Virus record (IMG/VR): IMGVR_UViG_3300002231_001522
Span: 1 to 61,461 of that record
Length of the DNA stretch: 61,461 nt
Reading direction: 5' to 3' (one strand)
From: a virus
Lineage: Duplodnaviria; Caudoviricetes
The position numbers and the translations under genes are program-made. Positions 56,380 through 61,461 of this stretch are shown here, piece after piece; positions within the stretch are counted from its first letter, which is position 1; every line of letters starts with the position of its first letter. The notes under the pieces were generated by a model. That model saw nothing but the letters and a program-made list of their open reading frames with translations, did not search any database and was not told the origin of the DNA.

Positions 56380-58458
56380 ATGTCAACACGAATTGATACA
56401 TTAATAAAACAACAAATAGCCACAGATAGTGACTTAGCGAATCTAATGCAATCATACGAAGATGCTTTAGACAATCACCGTCCATTCCGTAATAGAGCTA
56501 TTAGAAATATAAAATACCATGCGTCATTAACCCCCACAGATGTAATTCAAAATGTATGGTTAAGAGAATTAGCACAAAAAGGATTACCGGCAAAAAATTA
56601 TAATCTGATACAATTATTTGTTGAAGGTCATGTCGGAAATTATTTAAATTACCGAACAACACCAAAGTTTTCTACACAAGAGGTGTATAAAAAATCAACG
56701 GATAAGCTAAATGAGATATTTCTAACCGATGCTGATAATTTTAAATACGATGAAGCATGGCAAGAATTTGCTCAAAATGCTTGTCTAATACGTGGAGTAT
56801 CTGAAATTAAAATCATAAGGTCAGACGCATATCCTCGTGGAAGAATCAAATTAGTGAATCACCAGTCTACTGATGTTATTTTCGATGCTACTGTAAAGAG
56901 CAATAACATCGCCAGAGATTCTAAATATTGTTTTAAAGAATATAATTTAACTCCATTAGACTTAGTTTATATGTTTCCTGAAAAACGTGATCAACTGGAA
57001 ATGATGTTATATAACTTTGCTAAAGAATATACAGATGGCGGCAATTTACAATCAAAATTTGAAACAGTTAGACAGGCGTATTGGAATAATACCGTTAAAG
57101 TTGTAGAATCTTTTCATATTTATCCAAAAACCACGGTCAAAGAATTTGATGTAAAAAATGGAGTATTGCTTCCTAATACTGGTTTTAGTCTCGGTTCAGA
57201 AGATGATGCGATTGCAAAACAAGTCTGGGCGGGTGAAAAAGGAATTGAAATAAGTAGCGATATTAAAAGAATTATAAAAAAGTCAGAGGTGTTAATGGTT
57301 ACTACGATGGTTCCTGAATGGGGGCTTTTGCTGGAACACAGAAAAGACCAAAGACAAATAATGCGACCAGATGGCACAATAAGACTTCCTTTTTTTACAT
57401 GTTCTTTTGTTACTGTTGGTGGTGAGAGTATTGGTGTGCCTGATTATGCGATAGATTCCCAGGATGATATTAATTTAGCTGAATTAAATAAATCAAAATA
57501 TTTACATAAAATGCCAATTGGTGGAAAAACAATATATCACCCCTTAATACATGGCGATAGACCTGAAAAAAAACAAGACTTTATTGACAATTTTAATGAT
57601 AATACAATTCCCTTTGAAATGTCACATGATGCTCCTTTAGGGCAAAGATTAGTCGATATTGTTGGACAACAGAGTATCCCAAGAGATGTGCTTGGAGATG
57701 AGAGTTTTAAGATTTCATTATTAAAAGAAATATTAAGATTGCCTCCAGCAATGCAAGGTCAAGTTGGAAAGTCTGGTGAAAGTGCATTATTGCATAGTAG
57801 AAAAGTTGCCGATGCGAATAGTATGTTACAAAATTCAATTGAATCATGGCAAATTGCACAAAGAGAATTTCACGAATCATGGCTGTTCTTAGCAATCAAA
57901 ATATACGGCGGTGATAGTCAAGATGCTATTATAACTAATATGGATAGAAAATTCACCAGAGAAGGCGTAACCGTTGAAGTTAATAAATTTAAAGGTATTA
58001 GTCAAAATGGTGAAATACAGTTAGAAGATGCAATAAGTGACATTGATCCATTTAAAGTTCAGATTATTCCTGTTAAAAAGAATTATAATATGAGGTCAGT
58101 ACGCAGAGATATTGTTGCGGCTATATTACAACAGATACCAAGAACAGACCAAAATGAGGCTATTTTTGCCGTATTGCAAAGTGAATTGATTGATAATGTT
58201 GAGGAACTTGATCCAAATGATAAGATTATTCTTGAACAAATTAATAAACTAATATTGGAAGAAAGCAGAAATAAACTCTTACTAAGAAACTTAACCATAG
58301 AATCGGAGATAAATGCAAGAATAGCTCAAACAAATGCAGTTTTAAATAGTCCAGAGAATATGAATACAGCACCAGACCAAGGTGTAAATGTTAATAATCA
58401 AGTGCAAAATCAAATTGCACCGAATCCACAACAGGTGAATCAGCCTGCCCAAATATAG
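56380..58458 (+). CDS. Portal protein (podovirus/P22-like size)
   Basis: 692 aa directly after terL; 'GLP...YNLI', 'DSQDDIN', 'AMQG....ESA', Gln-rich tail. Confidence 0.75.
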   Translation: MSTRIDTLIKQQIATDSDLANLMQSYEDALDNHRPFRNRAIRNIKYHASLTPTDVIQNVWLRELAQKGLPAKNYNLIQLFVEGHVGNYLNYRTTPKFSTQEVYKKSTDKLNEIFLTDADNFKYDEAWQEFAQNACLIRGVSEIKIIRSDAYPRGRIKLVNHQSTDVIFDATVKSNNIARDSKYCFKEYNLTPLDLVYMFPEKRDQLEMMLYNFAKEYTDGGNLQSKFETVRQAYWNNTVKVVESFHIYPKTTVKEFDVKNGVLLPNTGFSLGSEDDAIAKQVWAGEKGIEISSDIKRIIKKSEVLMVTTMVPEWGLLLEHRKDQRQIMRPDGTIRLPFFTCSFVTVGGESIGVPDYAIDSQDDINLAELNKSKYLHKMPIGGKTIYHPLIHGDRPEKKQDFIDNFNDNTIPFEMSHDAPLGQRLVDIVGQQSIPRDVLGDESFKISLLKEILRLPPAMQGQVGKSGESALLHSRKVADANSMLQNSIESWQIAQREFHESWLFLAIKIYGGDSQDAIITNMDRKFTREGVTVEVNKFKGISQNGEIQLEDAISDIDPFKVQIIPVKKNYNMRSVRRDIVAAILQQIPRTDQNEAIFAVLQSELIDNVEELDPNDKIILEQINKLILEESRNKLLLRNLTIESEINARIAQTNAVLNSPENMNTAPDQGVNVNNQVQNQIAPNPQQVNQPAQI

Positions 58459-58463
58459 GAGAA

Positions 58464-59828
58464 ATGATGAAATTAAGTGATCCAAGATATTTAGATGCAA
58501 TTAAAAAAATCAATTCAGGTAATGGCGAATTAATTCGTCAAGGTCGTGACGAACTTATGCAAATTAAAACTGAATTAGATACTGAAGCTACTTCACAACA
58601 ACAGGAGTCTAATACCCAGCAACAAGATATTAACAATCAACAAACAACTCAAACTGAGAATGTTGATGGTTCACAATTAACACAACAAGAAAAAAAGTTT
58701 ACTACAATAATTGATGGGAAAGAAGTAGTAATTGATGATCCTGATGGTTTCCTAAATAGGAGAGACCTTTCTGGAATGAAGACAAAAATGGTAAATCAAG
58801 ACCGTTTTATCGATAAAATTACAAATGAAAATTTAGATTTAAGACAACAGATAAATATGGTTAATCAAAAATTAGCCAAATTTGGAAACGAACAAACTAC
58901 ACAGCAGAATCAAACTCTTGATAACATAAATCAACAACAGCCGCAAACACAGCAACAGACTCAAAACCAAGAAAAAAGTGGATACCAAAATAACATAGAT
59001 TCTGAGTATAATTTAGATTTTTTGGATACTGATCCAACTTTATGGACAGAAGACCAAGCAAACCAATTTAAAGATTACACAAAACGGACAAACGAACGCC
59101 AATTAGCACTTGAAAAACAGGTACAAGAGCAAAGTCTATATATAAACGAAAAAAAACAATTAGAAAAACAAACAGTTGAGGAAGAGAATATTAAAAAGTT
59201 TTATGCTGAAGGTGATAATTATGCAAAGACACATTTAAAACCTCTTTCAAAACCTTTACACGAAGTACATAATGAAATAAACAACTGGTCTGATAAAATC
59301 GCATTAGCGGCTGGATTAAAAAAACCACCTGAAAATGATTTAGGTTTTTCAGATTATATTAACAAAAGAAATGAACTTGCGGCTAAATACTATTCTGGAG
59401 ATCCAGAAACAGTACAGTCTTTAAGTGCGATTACGCCTCCTGATGATTTAGATACATACTATAAAGTTAGTGATGCGTATAATAAAAGAGCAGAGCTAAT
59501 AGCTCGTAAGGAATTAGGCGAGAATGCTACATTAGAACACTATTGGGCACATTCAAATTACTCGAATGGGAATTTTAGTAAAGTGGCGGATTTGTCAAAA
59601 GCCGAAGGATTAGCACAAGGTAGAGAGTCGGTAATCAACGTTATGACAAATAACGATGAACAAAATGCTCGTACAATAGACCAAGTACCAGCAAGCGACG
59701 GTCAAAACAAAATGCAAAGAGTTTTGCAGGTAATGAAAGCTACTCCAGAACAGAGAGCTGGAAATCCAGCGTTACAAGCGGAGTATGAACAATATTACCA
59801 AAAGTATAAACCAAAGAATTTATTTTAA
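58464..59828 (+). CDS. Putative scaffold protein
   Basis: 454 aa, Gln-rich/coiled-coil, between portal and capsid. Confidence 0.6.
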   Translation: MMKLSDPRYLDAIKKINSGNGELIRQGRDELMQIKTELDTEATSQQQESNTQQQDINNQQTTQTENVDGSQLTQQEKKFTTIIDGKEVVIDDPDGFLNRRDLSGMKTKMVNQDRFIDKITNENLDLRQQINMVNQKLAKFGNEQTTQQNQTLDNINQQQPQTQQQTQNQEKSGYQNNIDSEYNLDFLDTDPTLWTEDQANQFKDYTKRTNERQLALEKQVQEQSLYINEKKQLEKQTVEEENIKKFYAEGDNYAKTHLKPLSKPLHEVHNEINNWSDKIALAAGLKKPPENDLGFSDYINKRNELAAKYYSGDPETVQSLSAITPPDDLDTYYKVSDAYNKRAELIARKELGENATLEHYWAHSNYSNGNFSKVADLSKAEGLAQGRESVINVMTNNDEQNARTIDQVPASDGQNKMQRVLQVMKATPEQRAGNPALQAEYEQYYQKYKPKNLF

Positions 59829-59849
59829 AATTAACGGAGAAGAAAAATT

Positions 59850-61124
59850 ATGGCAGATTTTGTACCACAAGAAGACCTCGCAACCAAAGAAGTAGAAGCT
59901 CTTATTCGTCATGCTTGGTCTAATGAGATTAATTATTTTGCCGTTCAGGCAGATCCAATGGTTCCGGCTGTAGGTTCAGGAATTATTGGTGATATAGATG
60001 CAGGAAAAAGAAGTGATAACAACGAAGTAACTTCTATTCCTGGAAAAGTAATACAGAATATTGAAGTTAACGGAGAAACCAAAACGGTACGTTCAGTTAC
60101 ACTTCAAAAAACATTGCCTCTTCAGGGTGATGGGTATACTGGTTTAACTAATCCAACTAATCAAGAGCAAGTCCGTTTTCGCTATTGTAAGGTATATGCA
60201 AATGACATGGGACATTCAACATCTTACAAAGATTGGGGAATAACATCTCGTGAAATGGAAAAAACTGGCTGGAAAGATAACGTTAAAAAACTTTTAGCCG
60301 CATGGCGTGGTGAAAAAGAAGGTTACGACATGAGACATGCGTTAATATGGGGTGTTTCTCCAAATTTAACTGATGCTCCTCATTCTTTGACTGAAGCGTT
60401 TAATCCACAAGCAATTTTGCTTACTGATGGTGCATTAGATAGCATTCAACCTGCGTATACCTTTACACCAGCATCATACAATACTAATGTAATGAATGCT
60501 TGTCTTAATGCTGCCACTACGGTAGCTGCAACAAGTCCAACCATTCCTAAACTCGTTTATTTAGCGTCTACATTAGAAGAACGTTATATCATGCCTTTTA
60601 AATGGGAAGGTCGCGAATTATGGGCTTTGTATATGCACCCTAAAGATGTTGATATTCTTAACAACTTTACAATTGCAGGTTCCTATGGTGCATACATAAA
60701 AGATGTTGCCGCTTTTGGAAAAGGCGATCTTGCGTCTGTTATTCCTCATGCTGCATTTATCGTAAGTGAACGTTTAGTTATTGTACGTGATAAAAGAACA
60801 CCGCTTCTTGGTATTACCGACAACGTAACATACGAAACAGCTTTCATGAAACCTGGTAGAAAAGACCAACGTCCAACGGTAACAGGTACGACTGTAATGG
60901 CTTGTAACCTTCTTATGGGTGAAGATGCGTTAATTCGTTTTAGTCCTGAGCCTTGGAGTTTTCATTATGACGAGTTGAATCATGCTAAAGATAAATTTGT
61001 ATCTTATGATACAGCTTTGTCTTATCAACGTTCTGAATACGATGATGATAATGGGTCAACCTCAGCGGATAACTTTTTGTCAGAAGGTAGTGCTGTAGTT
61101 CTAACGAAACATATTGCAGCATAG
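59850..61124 (+). CDS. Major capsid protein (putative; DUF4043/N4-gp56-like)
   Basis: 424 aa after the scaffold; 'PLQGDG..G', 'LLAAW', 'LYMHP', 'LLMGEDAL'; followed by a stem-loop. Confidence 0.75.
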   Translation: MADFVPQEDLATKEVEALIRHAWSNEINYFAVQADPMVPAVGSGIIGDIDAGKRSDNNEVTSIPGKVIQNIEVNGETKTVRSVTLQKTLPLQGDGYTGLTNPTNQEQVRFRYCKVYANDMGHSTSYKDWGITSREMEKTGWKDNVKKLLAAWRGEKEGYDMRHALIWGVSPNLTDAPHSLTEAFNPQAILLTDGALDSIQPAYTFTPASYNTNVMNACLNAATTVAATSPTIPKLVYLASTLEERYIMPFKWEGRELWALYMHPKDVDILNNFTIAGSYGAYIKDVAAFGKGDLASVIPHAAFIVSERLVIVRDKRTPLLGITDNVTYETAFMKPGRKDQRPTVTGTTVMACNLLMGEDALIRFSPEPWSFHYDELNHAKDKFVSYDTALSYQRSEYDDDNGSTSADNFLSEGSAVVLTKHIAA

Positions 61125-61136
61125 GTTTAATTTAAT

Positions 61137-61175
61137 TTCTTGCACTTATTGTCGTAAGTGCAAGAACATCTTTTT
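61137..61175 (+). terminator. Stem-loop after the capsid gene
   Basis: TTCTTGCACTTA-TTGTCG-TAAGTGCAAGAA then CATCTTTTT. Confidence 0.7.
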
Positions 61176-61201
61176 AACATATATTTTAGGAGAGTAAGCA
61201 A

Positions 61202-61461
61202 ATGATATATAGTAATGCAGTTAAAGGTCTAAAACCAAGTCAATTTATAAAACTTCCTGGTGATTACCGTGGATTAGGTATTGATGAATTTCTTTCAGTA
61301 TGCGAAATGGCTGAGTTAAAATTAATAATACTTCAACATGGTTTAAAAACAAGTAGATTAGGATCACGTACCGGCTCTTCGTTTCAACAAGTAACTATTA
61401 AAAATACTGGTGGAAGAAACGAAACTAAATTTGTTTTCACAACAAACAAAGATTTCGAAGG
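61202..61461 (+). CDS. 5' part of the junction-spanning 279-aa gene (continues to 679)
   Basis: AGGAGAG RBS, ATG 61202, open frame MIYSNAVKGLKPSQF... through the repeat. Confidence 0.85.
   Translation, partial: MIYSNAVKGLKPSQFIKLPGDYRGLGIDEFLSVCEMAELKLIILQHGLKTSRLGSRTGSSFQQVTIKNTGGRNETKFVFTTNKDFE
61363..61461. repeat. Terminal direct repeat, copy 2
   Basis: Identical to nt 1-99. Confidence 0.97.

Noticed and set aside
61363-61461. 99-bp end repeat as a biological terminal repeat
   Set aside because: It falls inside an ORF and its length matches a common assembler k-mer; best read as circularisation overlap
1-61461. Stop-codon reassignment, tRNA genes, introns or inteins
   Set aside because: Genes tile densely in the standard code; no tRNA arms or intein/homing-endonuclease motifs recognised by eye (tRNAscan not run)

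Overview
This window looks like a complete, circularly assembled dsDNA phage genome of 61,362 bp: the last 99 nt (61363-61461) repeat nt 1-99, and one ORF reads through the join. It is AT-rich, uses the standard genetic code, and appears podovirus-like. Module order: (i) putative head-completion/tail genes, Gln-rich ejection-type proteins and a 4093-aa DarB-like polyvalent protein (inorganic pyrophosphatase + N6-adenine methyltransferase + SNF2 helicase + zincin), then three fibre/adhesin genes (1-27.2 kb, +); (ii) recombination/replication genes: RecE-like exonuclease, Rad52/Sak annealase, SMC-like ATPase, an orphan IetA-like AAA ATPase, DUF5675, a replication initiator with internal iterons and a VRR-NUC-like nuclease (27.3-37.8 kb, +); (iii) a leftward, hairpin-punctuated cluster of small accessory genes (37.9-44.7 kb); (iv) a probable small terminase and a ~1.1 kb non-coding region with repeated motifs (candidate packaging site); (v) a second leftward accessory cluster with a DNA methyltransferase, candidate immune-signal sponge proteins, a lipase and an ASCH protein (46.9-53.2 kb); (vi) large terminase, portal, scaffold and major capsid (53.4-61.1 kb, +). 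I recognised no integrase, DNA polymerase, tRNA, CRISPR array or reverse transcriptase. All family calls come from motif recognition by eye, not database searches. Most interesting leads: the orphan IetA-like ATPase (possible anti-defence antitoxin), the virion polyvalent protein, candidate sponge genes, a terminase with a second degenerate nuclease domain, and a methyltransferase-like gene collapsed to a 23-aa peptide.
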